Below are positions 36,643 to 49,931 of a stretch of DNA of 64,000 nt, one piece after another. Positions within the stretch are counted from its first letter, which is position 1. Every line of letters begins with the position of its first letter. This DNA comes from Tubulanus polymorphus. Taxonomy: Eukaryota; Animalia; Nemertea. The translations under genes were made by a program, and so were the position numbers. The stretch spans positions 12,710,001 through 12,774,000 of the forward strand of contig NC_134025.1 in NCBI RefSeq assembly GCF_964204645.1, given 5' to 3'. The notes beneath the pieces were generated by a model. That model saw only the letters and a program-made list of their open reading frames with translations. It did no database searches and was not told where the DNA came from.

Positions 36643-38958
36643 TGTAGCGGTTGTAGTGTAAACATATAAAATAGTAATTCTGGTAGTGACTGCCGTTGTC
36701 CATAGGTAGCGTAGTCGTAGTCACTCTGCTGTGCCGGGGCGCTCGCTACACGGGTCCGCCTGGGTCGACTGCACTCGGGTAGTGAATACGGCAAGGAGAC
36801 TCTTGTCTTCCCCAGGAAAGTAAATGGTATAAAATATGTAGAATCTGTTCCTCTATTGAAAAATGTCGCTAAAAAGGGCGCTTAAGCAGTACGCTCTCCT
36901 CCAAACAGTCGCCTCCCTACTCCACGTAGCCTTAATCTGTGTGGCCAATACAGACCCCCCAACCCGCTCTCCTCAGAGTAATCCGCTTTAGGGGCTTTCC
37001 TCGGACGAAACTCGCAGTGTTGATTACTCGGCGGATATGGCTACCCCCATTCCAAGTGCCCTCTCGCACATAGCTGTCCCCCATCATCTCAGGAGCTAAT
37101 TGCGACTCATGCCAGATCTGTCAAACTAGTCGTATGCATAAGTGTTGTCCGTAGCGACGGTCAATAGGGGAACGATCCTCACGTAGAACTAAATGGGTTC
37201 GATGCAGCAGGAAAACAACAGAAATCCTCGTCCTTCCTTCCAGTGCCGGCGAATCAAATAAACGCAAGATTCGAAGTTTGATTGGAATGTAGTACGAATT
37301 ATTAAATATATATATTTTCTTATAATACAAAGTTCATCGTTCTTGATGCCAAGGGGACATCATGTCCACACGCAAAACACCTTGAATATTTACATTTCGA
37401 TATATAAAAAGAATGTGCCCTTCATGGCTTGCAAAGCCTTGGTACAGTCAATGTACGGTAGCATACAAAGGAGACGACCGAACGTCAAATAGAAGCAAAT
37501 GAATATTAAGATGTTAACGACGGAGCGACAAATAGTTAACGACGAGCGTGGTCGTTAATCAACGATAAGAATTATACGACGGAGCGTCAAATAGTTAACG
37601 ACGAGCGTTGTCGTTAATCAACGATATGAATTATACGACGGAGCGTCAAATAGTTAACGACGAGCGTTGTCGTTAATCAACGACTGCGCGCCAAATTCGA
37701 AATGTCGTTGACGCGAACTCGAATAGTCGAAATTCAGAGGCGACGTCAAGGAGATGAAACGGCCGCGTGTTCGTTCGAAAAAGGAGTTACTGAATACAGG
37801 CGATTTTCATGGTCAGCAGAAATGACATCTCGGAGTAAGATTACGGAAAAATAGCACAGAAGATATACTATACTATTACTATTACTATTAGTAATTACAG
37901 CGACGAGAGCGTTAAGATGGCATCATCAAAGGATTGAATTTAAACAGACGATAAATTGACAATATTTACAGGATTGTAAGTGATGAGCTTATCAGCAGCC
38001 CATGGCCGACGACTACACGGCCCCCGGGTGCGTCGGCACCCGGGACTCACTGAGGGCGGGATGTCAAAAATCACTGCAGCGATCCCGGGGTCAGACGACC
38101 AGGAGGCCCGTGTCCCGTGTCCCGTGTCTCCTTACATGATCTGTACGATTTACAGCGTCCGATTCCTAAAACGGTGAAGAAGCAGCAAGAAAGAGTTTCT
38201 AATGGGGCTCTGCCAGAGCCAAGTTGCCAATGAGCGCGATTGCGCTAAATTTATAGTTTTCATGCGGTCAATGCACGCGGTGATTGGTCAAGCGAGACGA
38301 GCAGTAATACGCTCCGCGGACAAAGTAGAGCACGCGAAATTATTCGACCGTGACGAATGATAAAACCCTAAATAAAGACTTCATACGCGAGAAATAGAAT
38401 TAAGTTCTATAATATTTTAAGATTAACGCGAAAAATGACGACTATAAAACCGATACGGAGATATTTACTACAAAATAAACCGGATTCAACCGCACCACCG
38501 AGAAAACGCTCATACGGAAGTGAGGCGGCGCCAGCGAACGGCGTCGTAAAAACGAGCGTAAACACGAGCAGGGCTGGAGAATTCTCCGGCGACGAGACGG
38601 AACCAAAACCGCCCAAAATCAAAGAAGTTGGGTCTCAAATATAAAAAAATGGCCTGGACAGGCGCCGAAAAATCGCTAATATCACCGCGATGTGGCGTGG
38701 CCAACACCGCGGGGGCCTGCCCAGGTCGTAAAATTGGAATCTGACAGAACTGCCAAAAATCTGTCAGATTGAAATTGAGCCGAAAAGATCCCGAAACATC
38801 GCCGCAGAACACTTGCCCGGTCCCGGAATACGTACATCTAAAAAGAAACAATGAGAAAAGAACGGCTTAAGGCCATTCCGAAATACATAATATAATTTCA
38901 CCAAGAGACCGACATTTTGTGGTCAAACCCACCCCAGATATAGACAATTTTCGCCACA
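36643..38958 (-). repeat. 3' LTR (~2.3 kb), TGTGGCG...CGCTACA
   Basis: On the minus strand the PPT-like AGGAGGCTGGGCGGGGG precedes TGTGGCG at 38958. The LTR ends CGCTACA at 36643. Its last ~1 kb matches 45585-46624. Confidence 0.75.
37517..37684. repeat. 59-bp tandem repeat (3 copies) inside the LTR, each with a hairpin
   Basis: acgacggagcgtcaaatagttaacgacgagcgttgtcgttaatcaacgataagaattat. Two copies also at 46520-46624. Confidence 0.85.
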
Positions 38959-39246
38959 AAAACCCCCGCCCAGCCTCCTACTACGCTTAAGGCGATGAGG
39001 CGAAATGAATTTAAAGAAAATTGGATGAAAAAGAAGCCTAATCAAAAAGCAAGCCCGAAAGTAGAAGACCCGAAAATAGTACAAATTACAATTAATATTA
39101 CATTTACAGGAAACGGCGTTCCGAGGAGAAGAGAACCGACGAGGGGAGCAGGCACTCATCCGGAGTGCTCCGAATCAGCCTCCTCTCGGCCCTCAACGAC
39201 CCCCACCAGATCCCCGAAACCAACGGAACACCGTAAAAACAGAGCA

Positions 39247-40490
39247 CTAACACACGTTTGGGATCTTGGCGGATTTGCAGTCGATGGCGCACAGAACGCA
39301 CGGACTGGGCCGACGGTCCAGGCCCCAGGTGGCGACGGGTCCGTGCGGGGTTGGATGCTGATGTCTCAGGCCAAATACTGCGACACGGCGCGGAGCGATC
39401 TCTTTCTCGGCGGGAGGCCATTTAATCCTGTGGTGGGCTGCGAGGACCCGACACGCGGTGCAAGTGAAGGTGAAGTGAAGTGAAGTCACATGCAGGCTAC
39501 GGGTAGACGCCGAGCCAACCTCTTCGTCGCGCACAAGTATGACGTGCTGGCCCGTGCCAACACTTATCAGTTCGTTAGTTCCTATAATGACTTCCGGCAC
39601 ACCAGCGTCAGCCAGGGCGAGCAGCCGCTGCTCCTCCTCTTCGATGTTCCTGGTGGGTATCACCTGCGTGATTTGATTATTGAACAGCTGGAACCTGCCC
39701 GCTTCGGCCTGCGTCTCCGCGACGACTATTGGTGCAACGACGGGAATGTCGGCCGACGAATTTGGAGAAGTCGCAGGCGGCGAAGGAGGGGCGTCCCCCT
39801 TGCTCCAAACGTGATCAAAATCAGCCGGCATGTTCGGGCCGATATCCGACGCAGGTGTCGTCTTCGGTGACGGCGCAATAGGAGATATCACGATCGGTGT
39901 TGACACGGTCTGAGGCGTCGCGATCTGTGGCGGCGCGATCTGAGGCGGAGACGTTGCTATCGGTTGCGGCACAATCTGAGGCGTCGCGATCGGTGTAGGT
40001 TTACCGGGCTCAAGCCGAGCGGTCGCCTTCTTGGCCTCGAGGTCGCGACGAATTTCTAAACCTACATTGGTCTGTTGCGCCAGAGCTGGCGGGCCTCCTC
40101 TGCAATGCGGTCGCTTGCGATCATGTTCGCCTTCACGCGTGCCCGATGGGCCCGGTCGGCCTCGCGTCGCGCCCGACGGTCGTCAGTGCGGATGGGAGAT
40201 TCCGAGATAGTTAGAGCTGGATCTCGGTCCCACTCCTCGGTGCGCACGATTTTGCGCGGAGGTGAATTTTCGTCACCCTCGGTGATGACCTCGTACCCCG
40301 GGTCGCGATTTGTTGTTTTGACATGATATTTGCCGTGCTGACGCGCGGAAAGTTTAGTATGAGATATACGGCCGCAGTCGCGGCATTTGTAGCAGCGGCC
40401 TGCGACAGGCCGCCCCTCGCACCCATTAGCATGTGCTTCGATCGCTTCCAGTTGCAGATTTATATAAGAAAACCAGATTAGACGGTCCAA
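39247..40490 (-). CDS. Additional ORF3 of the gypsy element: C2H2 zinc finger, Arg-rich helix and Pro-rich region (one frameshift at ~40065)
   Basis: YKCRDCGRISHTKLSARQHGKYH. ORF 40062-40490 joins, via a frame change, to NVGLEIRRDLEAKKA..PTPIATPQ and ORF 39247-39972. Confidence 0.6.
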
Positions 40491-43400
40491 TCCCCGAACC
40501 TATCGGGCAAGCGGGTTCTTCGATCAGATCTTCTACTAGAAAGGCCCTCAGAGGGCATCGCACCTAGGGGCGAATCAACGGCCACATAGGGCTTCAATCG
40601 ATCGAAATGTATATATTTGACATTGTGGTTTTCAAGATTCTCAACACCAAAGACCACGTCGTTGACTACGCGCGTGACTGAAAACGGACCAGTCCAAAGA
40701 CAGGACAATTTCTTGGTCTGCCGGGCCGAAATGGCGGGCGTGTAGACCCAGACTAAATCTCCGATATTATAAGTAGAGCCCCTCTGTCGCAAATCATAAC
40801 ATCTCTTATTTCGCTTCGTTCTTATTTCCAGGTTGCGTCGAGTTAACGCAAACGCGGTTTCAAGACGCTCTTTAACTTCGATCGCATACGATTTAGTTGG
40901 AAGAGGAGAGTGTTCCGCCGCAGATGTACCGGATACAATTTGAAGCGGTAAGTTAATTTCACGCCCGAACATCAAATAATTCGGAGTAAAACCAGTGCTA
41001 TCATGCACGGAAGCACGGTACGCCATAGTTAAGAAAGGTAATTGTTCGTCCCAGTCAGTCTGGTTAGAATTCACAGTCATAGCGAGGCCGTCTAAAAGAG
41101 TCCGATTGTACTTCTCGCACAACCCGTCGGATTGCGGGTGATAGGCCGTTGCACGGGTTTTCAGCATCTCAAGCAGTTCGCATATCTCTCTAACTAGTTT
41201 CGATTGGAAGTTCGTGCCTTGGTCACTATGGAATTGGCGGGCTACACCATACCTCGAAATGAATTCTCTCACTAAGGTCGTTGCCACGGTAACAGCTGTC
41301 TGATTGGGTAGAGCATAGGCTTCTACCCACCGAGTGAAATAGTCAGTCACAACTAAGATAACTGTATTGCCGGAGTCAGTCTCGGGGAGAGAACCTAGAA
41401 TGTCGAGTGCGATTCGTTCGAGTGGTAGTCCCACTCTGTAAGCTTTCATAGCGGCCCTTCTCTTCTTAGGGGTGGTCTTTCTTGACGCGTAGATATGACA
41501 CTGTTGACACCAGATTTTAATGTCCTCATGGATTCCGTGCCAGAAATATTGACCATGGACGGCGGCGAGAGTCTTCTTTACTCCGAAATGTGCCGAAGTA
41601 CGGGAGTTATACGACGGAGTTAAAGACTTCTTTTCGATACTTTCTCGGGAGGAGTAGGAGCGTTGAATCGGGATGTCCAGCGCGTTCCTTGCTTATAAAT
41701 AGTTTACCGTCAATCAGTTTTAATTGTGTCCATCGAGCCTAGTAGAGCTTGGTCGAAAGCCCAAGGCTGGAAACATCTTGCCAGGCAGGCCTGTCGCCGG
41801 ACTTGAATCTTTCCACTATCCAAGATAGCTCCGAGTCAACTGCCTGTTCATTTATCAATTGTTGAGTCGTTCATTCGGTTGAACTTAACAGGGTGGTCCC
41901 AGATCTAGGTATATTTCGTTGTTCGATGTTAATGTTTCTAATTTCTGGTTCTGTCATTACAGGGAGTAATATCGCCCTGAAAGTTTGAAGAAGAACGGAG
42001 GCAGCTTGCACACTCTCGGCATGAAAGACCATCAGCATTGGTGTGAAAACGACCGGGTCGATGTTGAATCTTGAATCAATACTCGGCCAAGGCGGTTATC
42101 CATCTTGCGGTATGTCCCTCTGGCTCCTTGAATGACATCAGCCACCGAAGTGACGCGTGGTCGGTCCTGAGAAGGAATTCTCTCCCAAGTAAGTAGTGTC
42201 GAAAATGTTTCACATAAGTTATAACTGCGAGCAACTCTCGCCTGGTGGTACAATAGTTTCTCTCCGGTTTAGAAAGGACACGGCTACCATACGTGATCAC
42301 CCTTTCCTGTCCGTCCTGCAGCTGAGATAGCACTCCTCCGAACCCCACTCCAGAAGCATCGCAATCTAGAATGAATGGTAAATTGGGGTCAGGATAGGCT
42401 AAGACTGGTGGCGACATCAACATCTCTTTCAATCGGATGAACGCATCTTCGCAGTCTGATGTCCAGGTAAACTTCCTGTCTTTCTCGGTTAATTTATACA
42501 TCGAATGAGCGACAGAAGAGAAATCCGGGCAGAAATTTCGATAATACGACGCCAGGCCGAGGAATGATCGGACATCAGTTGGACACTTCGGTGTAGGCCA
42601 GTTCTTGATGGCTTCAATCTTAACAGGATCGCAGGCGACTCCCTCTTCTGAGACGATATAGCCTAGGAAAGTGACGCTTCTCTGGAAAAATTGACACTTC
42701 TTAGGTTTGAGCTTCAACCCGGAACGTCTGATTCGGTCAAAGACCGCCCGTAGATTCTGCAGAGTCTCGTCGAAGGATCTTCCGTATACGATGATATCGT
42801 CGAGATAAATTAAACAAATCTCATTTTGCAGCCCGCGCAAAACCTGCTCCATCAATCTTTCAAACGTGGCGCCCGCGTTGCATAGACCGAACGGCATACG
42901 CTTAAACTGATAAAGGACATTTCGTACTACGAATGCTGTTTTCTCTTTAGCTTCTTCAGACAACTTCACCTGCCAATATCCTGAGGCAAAGTCCATCGTG
43001 CAAAAGTATTTCGATCCAGACAAAGAGCGAATCGAATCATCTATTCGGGGAAGCGGGTACGAGTCAAGCTGCGTACACGAGTTCAACGCCCGGAAATCTA
43101 CGCAGAACCGTGTGGAACCATCTTTCTTTCCGACCAACACGATATTCGAGCACCAAGGGCTGGATGAAGGTTCTATCACGTCTCGGTTTAGCATGTCTTC
43201 CACCATTTCGTCTGCTGTCTCTTGTTTCGATATGGGCATCCGCCTCGCCCGCTGTTTGATAGGGCGGCCCCATTGGTGTCAATGTCGTGTGTCACGCCCT
43301 GGGCAAAACCCAAATCAGTGTCCGATTTCGAAAATATGTCAGAGTATTCTAGTATGAGCTGTATCGCTTGTTCTCCCTCAGTAGGACTCAAATTCTCAAG

Positions 43401-44200
43401 GGTCCTCGCAATTAAGTCCACTAAATGATCAGACTCTCCCTGGTCGGGTTGTAATTCTAGCTCGGATATGCCGATCTGATTCATGCTTGAGCCGCCAGCT
43501 CGGCTGATGGTGCTGAGATAACCCAGGGTTGAACCCTTATAAATGGTTATCGTTTCCGGGGTCGGATTCATAACCCTTGCTGGTAGAAATTTCTTCTCTG
43601 TGTCTACTAGACTACGTGCGGTGAGAAATTGGTGTTTATGGGTAAGTCGCGATGACTCTATTATTGCCCATTTTCCAGTATGGTGTTGAACATCTACGAG
43701 TCCATCAACTATCTGTTCCGAAAATGGCTGAAGGATAACTTTCCGCCGGCTTCGTACTCGAGTGTTATTCTCGTCAAGATTACAGTGCTTTCCGTAAAAC
43801 TGTTGCTCATCACCCAAAATCAAGCTCTTCCGTCCGGGAAATATCTTACAGTCGAAAAATTCTAGAAAGTCCATGCCGAGTATGACATCTTCTGATATAT
43901 CAGCAATCACACATTTCCAGGGAATCGATTTATCGAAGATCTCAGCGTCGATCTCCATCTGACCTTTGACCTCAATACCTAAGCAATTGGCCGTACGCAA
44001 TGCAACATCTGACATCTCTAATTTATCTTTCATCGCAGGACGCAGTCGATTATAAATCTTGCTATTTACAACGGAGACGCAAGCTCAAATAATTTACATT
44101 GATTTCTCCTATCTTTCCGTGTATGATTATGCTCGTTGAATTTCTGCTTATTTGATAAATCTTTCTGATTTCCTTAATTTTAGGAGTTGGAGTATGATGA
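40478..44200 (-). pseudogene. Gypsy pol (protease, RT, RNase H, integrase) with frameshifts and stops
   Basis: ILGMDFL; RFCVDFRALN; MPFGLCNAGATF; YLDDII; DCDAS; LRTDHASL; DILG..DYFTRW..HSDQG..YHPQSDGLCE; WTGPF. The protease D(T/S)G appears deleted at ~44085 (VNYL/ACVSVV). Confidence 0.95.
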
Positions 44201-44225
44201 TTTAATGAAGGAAGTGAGAGTTCTT

Positions 44226-45342
44226 CTACTTGCGCGGCTGGCCGGACTCTCGAGGAGCCAACCGTCCCTCGTTTCCCCGATGCCTTGATCTGCGACATTC
44301 TCGAGAAATGTGGCCGGGCTCTCCGCAGGCGTAACAGACGATGCGATTAGGGAGACGCCTACCGGCATCCGCAGGGGGGCGTTGCTGAGTCAACACTTGC
44401 TTCACCATTGAGGTTAGTTGAGAGACTTGTTCTTTTAACCCTTCAATTTCTCCACGGGGTTCCGATTTAACCTGATTCACGAAGCCATGCGAGTTTCTCT
44501 CCCGAACATCTTCTAGTTTCTCGAATGCTTCGAGTTCTACCGCTAATTTCACGACCTCATCTAATGACGTACTATGACTGATGAAGGTGCATTCTCAAAT
44601 CTCTATCATCCAAAGCATCGATAAAATGGTTTCGTGTTAATCGGTCTCGTTGAGTCGGAGTTAAATCAGGGTAAGCCTTGGTTGCCAAGGTGATTAATAC
44701 CTGCGAGAGCTCTCTCAGGCCTTCATTTCGTTTACGACGTCTGTTTCTTATTTCAGCCAAAAATAGTTCAGCCTGATGACCATGTCCAAAGCGATTGTCG
44801 AGCACTCTGACCAGTTGCTGAAAATCTCGCCTCTCCTCGTCGACGAGTGTACATACTAGTTGTCGGGCTGGACCACGAAGATGAGCAAACAGGATATCGG
44901 CTTTAAGACGTCCGTTCCAGCCATTAATTCGGGCTACAGTCTCGAAAACTTGGAGATAATCAGGCCATGAGCCGTCTCCGGAAAACGTCTCAGGTCTGAT
45001 ATTATATAATATATGAACAGTCGAGCTATAGCCGGTCGTTGCTGGGCCGATCGGTGCTGTCTCACGCTCAAAGGGCCTCGGTCGGTCGATTTCATCATTG
45101 AAAGGAAGGTCAGTGATGTCGTCCCTCGATTCTGTCATCGTACGAGTCTCCTCACTGGTAAGCCGGCTAAATGACCCGTCGTGAGAACCGTCGCCGGAGG
45201 CTGATTGAGTAACCTCACGATCTCTAGTAAGGTCAAGGTCTTGATCAAATCGTACGTGTCGTTCATCTCCCTGACTATGGGATCTGCTCTTTGCCTTGCC
45301 TCGGGAACGTGAGCGACCTCTCGTCATGTCATTATTTTCCAT
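44226..45342 (-). pseudogene. Gypsy gag with CCHC zinc knuckle, one frameshift
   Basis: PETFSGDGSWPDYLQVFETVARINGW..LRGPA; CYACGEPGHISREC. Frame change at ~44572. Confidence 0.9.
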
Positions 45343-45562
45343 TTTTACTTATAGCTGAATTAGAAGACGAACGATTAGAATGACGCCGCGCAAGAAGGTT
45401 GAAAGGAAATACCGATTTAAATATATATGATAAGCTGATCACTGGAAGAAGGATTTCTGCTGCATCGGAAAAATAAAATAGCCCTAACCCGTCACTCGTC
45501 AAGTCAAACGAAAATTAATACTATAAGGGATATATATATAAGGGAAGTATTTTGATAAATAT

Positions 45563-45580
45563 ATCCCACCGCTACCACCA
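45563..45580 (-). other. Primer-binding site, tRNA-Leu-like
   Basis: TGGTGGTAGCGGTGGGAT, 4 nt from the LTR end. Complementary (one mismatch) to the ...ATCCCACCGCTGCCACCA 3' end of eukaryotic tRNA-Leu. Confidence 0.8.
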
Positions 45581-45584
45581 TTTT

Positions 45585-46624
45585 TGTAGCGGTTGTAGTG
45601 TAAACATATAAAATAGTAATTCTGGTAGTGACTGCCGTTGTCCATAGGTAGCGTAGTCGTAGTCACTCTGCTGTGCCGGGGCGCTCGCTACGCGGGTCCG
45701 CCTGGGTCGACCGCACTCGGGTAGTGAATACGGCAAGGAGACTCTTGTCTTCCCCAGGAAAGTAAATGGTATAAAATATGTAGAATCTGTTCCTCTATTG
45801 AAAAATGTCGCTAAAAAGGGCGCTTAAGCAGTACGCTCTCCTCCAAACAGTCGCCTCCCTACTCCACGTAGCCTGAATCTGTGTGGCCAATACAGACCCC
45901 CCAACCCGCTCTCCTCAGAGTAATCCGCTTTAGGGGCTTTCCTCGGACGAAACTCGCAGTGTTGATTACTCGGCGGATATGGCTACCCCCATTCCAAGTG
46001 CCCCTCTCGCACATAGCTGTCCCCCGTCATCTCAGGAGCTAATTGCGACTCATGCCAGATCTGTCAAACTAGTCGTATGCATAAGTGTTGTCCGTAGCGA
46101 CGGTCAATAGGGGAACGATCCTCACGTAGAACTAAATGGGTTCGATGCAGCAGGAAAACAACAGAAATCCTCGTCCTTCCTTCCAGTGCCGGCGAATCAA
46201 ATAAACGCAAGATTCGAAGTTTGATTGGAATGTAGTACGAATTATTAAATATATATATTTTATACAAAGTTCATCGTTCTTGATGCTAAGGGGACATCAT
46301 GTCCACACGCAAAACACCTTGATTATTTATATTTCGATATATAAAAAGAATGTGCCCTTCATGGCTTGCAAAGCCTTGGTACAGTCAATGTACGGTAGCA
46401 TACAAAGGAGACGACCGAACGTCAAATAGAAGCGGTGGCGCGGCGGACTCCAGCGTGTATCTAATATAACTTAGGTCTCAGTAAACGAGCGTTGAAGCTA
46501 ATCAACGATTAAGATGTTAACGACGGAGCGACAAATAGTTAACGACGAGCGTGGTCGTTAATCAACGATAAGAATTATACGACGGAGCGTCAAATAGGTA
46601 ACGACGAGCGTTGTCGTTAATCAA
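45585..46624 (-). repeat. 5' LTR, truncated (~1.04 kb remaining)
   Basis: Near identical to 36643-~37620 except for a substituted segment at 46434-46506. Stops abruptly at a foldback element. Confidence 0.9.
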
Positions 46625-47034
46625 AGTAATAGGGGTAATGGGCTTTCAAATCAAAGGTCGAACGGTCGAGCTCATTAAAAACAAAACATTAAAAGTAATT
46701 TAAAACTATAATATATTTTCATAACCGTGTGTATTTTATATTATAACTAAATATTTATTCTAAGATATTAATAATTTTAATTTTAAAAGCATATTGTATT
46801 AAATCAATTGGTCGCTCCACTTCGCTACCGCTCCGCTCCGCGGCCAATTGATTTATTTACAATACACAAATTCATATAATCAAATATATTTTAATAATAA
46901 TAATTATTCTATTATTCAACTGAAATACACACGGTTATGAAAATATATTATAGTTATAAATTACTTTTAATATTTGTTTTTAATGAACTCGACCGTTCAA
47001 CCTTTAACCTGAAAGCCCATTACCCCTATTACTC
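46625..47034. mobile_element. Foldback MITE, Sola3-like termini
   Basis: ~110-bp TIR agtaataggggtaatgggctttca... The right end is CTC|TTAA; the left G and TTAA are missing. Central hairpin. Confidence 0.75.
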
Positions 47035-47306
47035 TTAAAATAATCATATAAATGAATAACATTTAAATTGACAGATTATTCAATATAAAAGTATATATTT
47101 ACAACATTATTTCAATATTCATATTTGTGTGAGTTAGATTTTTAGACATTAAAAGTGTTAGTAAAGTGTGATTGAAATAATGCATATATAAATCATTGAA
47201 CTTCTAAAATCAATTTTAATAAAAAATTTAGTATTAAAATGGAAGCAAATAAGTACTAATGCCCAACATGTAATATCAATATAGATAAATCCCAAAAAGC
47301 AAGACA

Positions 47307-48225
47307 CAACAAGAGCCCCAAGGGGCACAATGGCCAGCCTGTCAGATTTGCTTTTTATAAATGATGTAAACTGTGGGTTATATTTATCAATATACACTCC
47401 CTGCTCAATATCATTTACATAGTAAAATCGTGTGTTAACACAGACAGCAGGAACGAATGTAATATAGAAATACTAAGTTATTGTATTGTTCAACGCCCCT
47501 GGTGGCCATATACAAAAACCAATGAGCTTGAAACTCACCAAGATCATAGACCATGTCATGAGCTACAACTTTCCAATTGATTGTGGTAGCAAAATATGCA
47601 TAGGTACGAATGTAATATAGAAATACTAAGTTATTGTATTGTTCAACGCCCCCTGGTGGCCATAAACAAAAACCAATGAGCTTGAAACTCACCTCGATCA
47701 TAGAACGTCATGAGCTACAACTTTCCAATTGATTATAGTAGGAAAATATGCTTAAGTATCAATTATGATGTGGAAAAACTTTTTTCCACCTACGAATGAG
47801 TACTGATACCCTCTCGGATATAAAAGATCCCTTTCCAAAGAATACCCATTACAAATTGCAATGAAACATGGCACACCATTAGAAAGCTACAGTACTCAGA
47901 ATTCAGGCCAAAATGGACATTTTTGGGAACAAAAAAGGTCACAGTACGGCCATCTTGAGTCCGATCGACCCAATTTTTCTCATGCCGATGGGCCCTCGGG
48001 GGAAACAAATATATACGAATGATCAAGGTTATTGATAAAAGTGTCTTCAAAATTTCCCTCGAAAACTTCAAAAATGTGTAAAAAGTGCTGATTTTGGCGA
48101 ACAACAATGGCTGCCAGTCGGCCATCTTGAATCTGACAGGGCCAGTTTTTGGCCTGAAGATGTGTCTAGGGTAGATACACGTATAAACCAAATATCAAGA
48201 CATTACCTTGAAGCCTCTTCAAAAC
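47307..48225 (-). mobile_element. Helitron/Helentron-like non-autonomous element ('ccagggggc' family)
   Basis: aacaagagccccaaggggcac terminus. ~150-bp internal tandem units homologous to 57100-57850. Confidence 0.65.
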
Positions 48226-48227
48226 TT

Positions 48228-48350
48228 TGGAACTCTCACGAACTATCTAGATGGTTATCTCTCGACCTCAATAGCTTCAAGACCCATCTCAAAACAACTT
48301 TGTTCCATGCAGCATACCATTAACTCTCGGAAAGCGAATTGTATATAACA
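48228..48350 (+). mobile_element. L2/CR1-type LINE 3' fragment
   Basis: Translates SLDLNSFKTHLKTTLFHAAYH*, the FK..LKT.LF C-terminal motif. Confidence 0.6.
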
Positions 48351-49675
48351 TTTTTTGGCAGAATAAAATTTGATTGAATTTGCAATTCGGGCACATGGCT
48401 AATTAGCATATCAAGGTCATACACCCGATTTGGTAAAACCATTTTTTTCGCGAACCTTGCGCAATTGTCAAGGATGAATTTTCTGTAGAGCAAATAAAAA
48501 TTCCTCCCAAACACCAAATCAACTAAAGATTTCATAGAAATCGATCTTGAAACACAATTTTAAATCTTAAAATAAAACCCGGAAGTAAAACAGTAGACGA
48601 TACCGCGGGTTCACGTGAACCCTGATATCTGTAAACGAAATGTTGGTTGTGACAAAATTGTTCAGACGGTTTTAGGTGGTAATAAGTACGGAAACGTAAC
48701 GACCATGGTCGACTTATTCGATGAAATCAGGCCTATGTGATATCCAAATTTTGACTTTTTTATTCTCCAGACCTCCCTGATATAGAAATAAAAAATGTTG
48801 GTGGTACGAAAGTGCAATCACAGCGCCGACGGGGACAGAGCCGTGTCAGAGATCGGCGGAATGAAAATCGAGGTGGACGAACACGAAGAAGTAGGCTATT
48901 GCGCTACTTGAATCACGAAAACTCCTGGCGCGGCCCCGACGCTTTTCGTTGATTAAGTAATACAAATATCATGCAATGGGTTTTCACAATCTACCGCTGG
49001 TATTAACCGGATTTCAATATCACTCCAAAATTCAAAGAAACCTCGAAATATCGAACCGGAACACTTCCGGTAGATATCCGCGGCTGCCCAACCGGGAAAC
49101 TTATTTGTTTCAATAGATATTGATAGGATCTATCATCTTCACCCGTCAAGGGATTCGAACGCACTAAGCTAAAGCCATGCCAGAATCGGCTCGGGCCAAT
49201 CACAGCGCTTGTAACAAACCACATTAGGCTTCTGTGGAATTTCCCAGTAAATGGGCCAATCAGCGAACACGTAGCGAACGCGGAAGTATTGTCGCGTGTT
49301 GATACATGACGTCATGCGCAAAAGCGCCAGTAATGAAATCGCGTTAATCTACGTGAACAGCTGATATTTTCAGATAAACCAATCACAGGGAAGACACAAC
49401 TTCCTGATTGGCTGATAAAAATTGAAATTTTCCCGATTTAACTTTCGTGAAAAATGCAGAAAACATTTTTATGAGACCATATTTCAAAATTCTGCTCGCT
49501 ACGATTCCGAGAATGGATTACGCTTAAATACGTGATTTGTTCGAATATGCCCTCACTTGGCAAGCAAAAGAGCCTTTTGTGTGGAAACCATGTCATTTAA
49601 ATTCGCTCCATTTGTATAGTAATAGGCTCAGCCTACGGCTGGCCTAATAAAACTAAAACACATTTAGAGAATAAA

Positions 49676-49864
49676 TTGAAATTAGAATATGAAGATGATA
49701 TATTAGAAACTAAATTAGATGAATTAAAGAATGAAAAAGAAACATACAAATGTGATACATGTAATCAATTATTCAGTGATAAAAGATATTATAATGAACA
49801 TTTAAAATCTAAAAGTCATATTAGAAATAAGAATAATGATATTTTAAGGAATGAAAAAGGATGA
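49676..49864 (+). CDS. Zinc-finger (C2H2/matrin-like) ORF fragment of a viral-like segment
   Basis: YKCDTCNQLFSDKRYYNEHLKSKSH; intronless and very AT-rich. Confidence 0.6.
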   Translation: MKLEYEDDILETKLDELKNEKETYKCDTCNQLFSDKRYYNEHLKSKSHIRNKNNDILRNEKG

Positions 49865-49931
49865 CGTTAGTCGAAGAAATGGAAGAGGATTCTAAAATGT
49901 TAATCAATTTTGATAAAAATATATATTATAA

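Larger units (their letters stand above)
36643..46624 (-). mobile_element. Ty3/gypsy LTR retrotransposon, degenerate, with a truncated 5' LTR
   Basis: Direct repeats start at 36643 and 45585. Order gag-PR-RT-RH-IN. PBS and PPT are present. Confidence 0.95.

Noticed and set aside
36488-36724. 78-aa ORF
   Set aside because: It is a chimera across the LTR/LINE junction.
38407-39870. Plus-strand ORFs in the gypsy 3' region
   Set aside because: They are antisense shadows of GC-rich sequence, with no motifs.
48350-49646. CpG-rich segment with ccaatc boxes resembling a promoter
   Set aside because: No linked gene, and it ends in a hairpin typical of a repeat terminus. It is likely element-internal and I cannot classify it.
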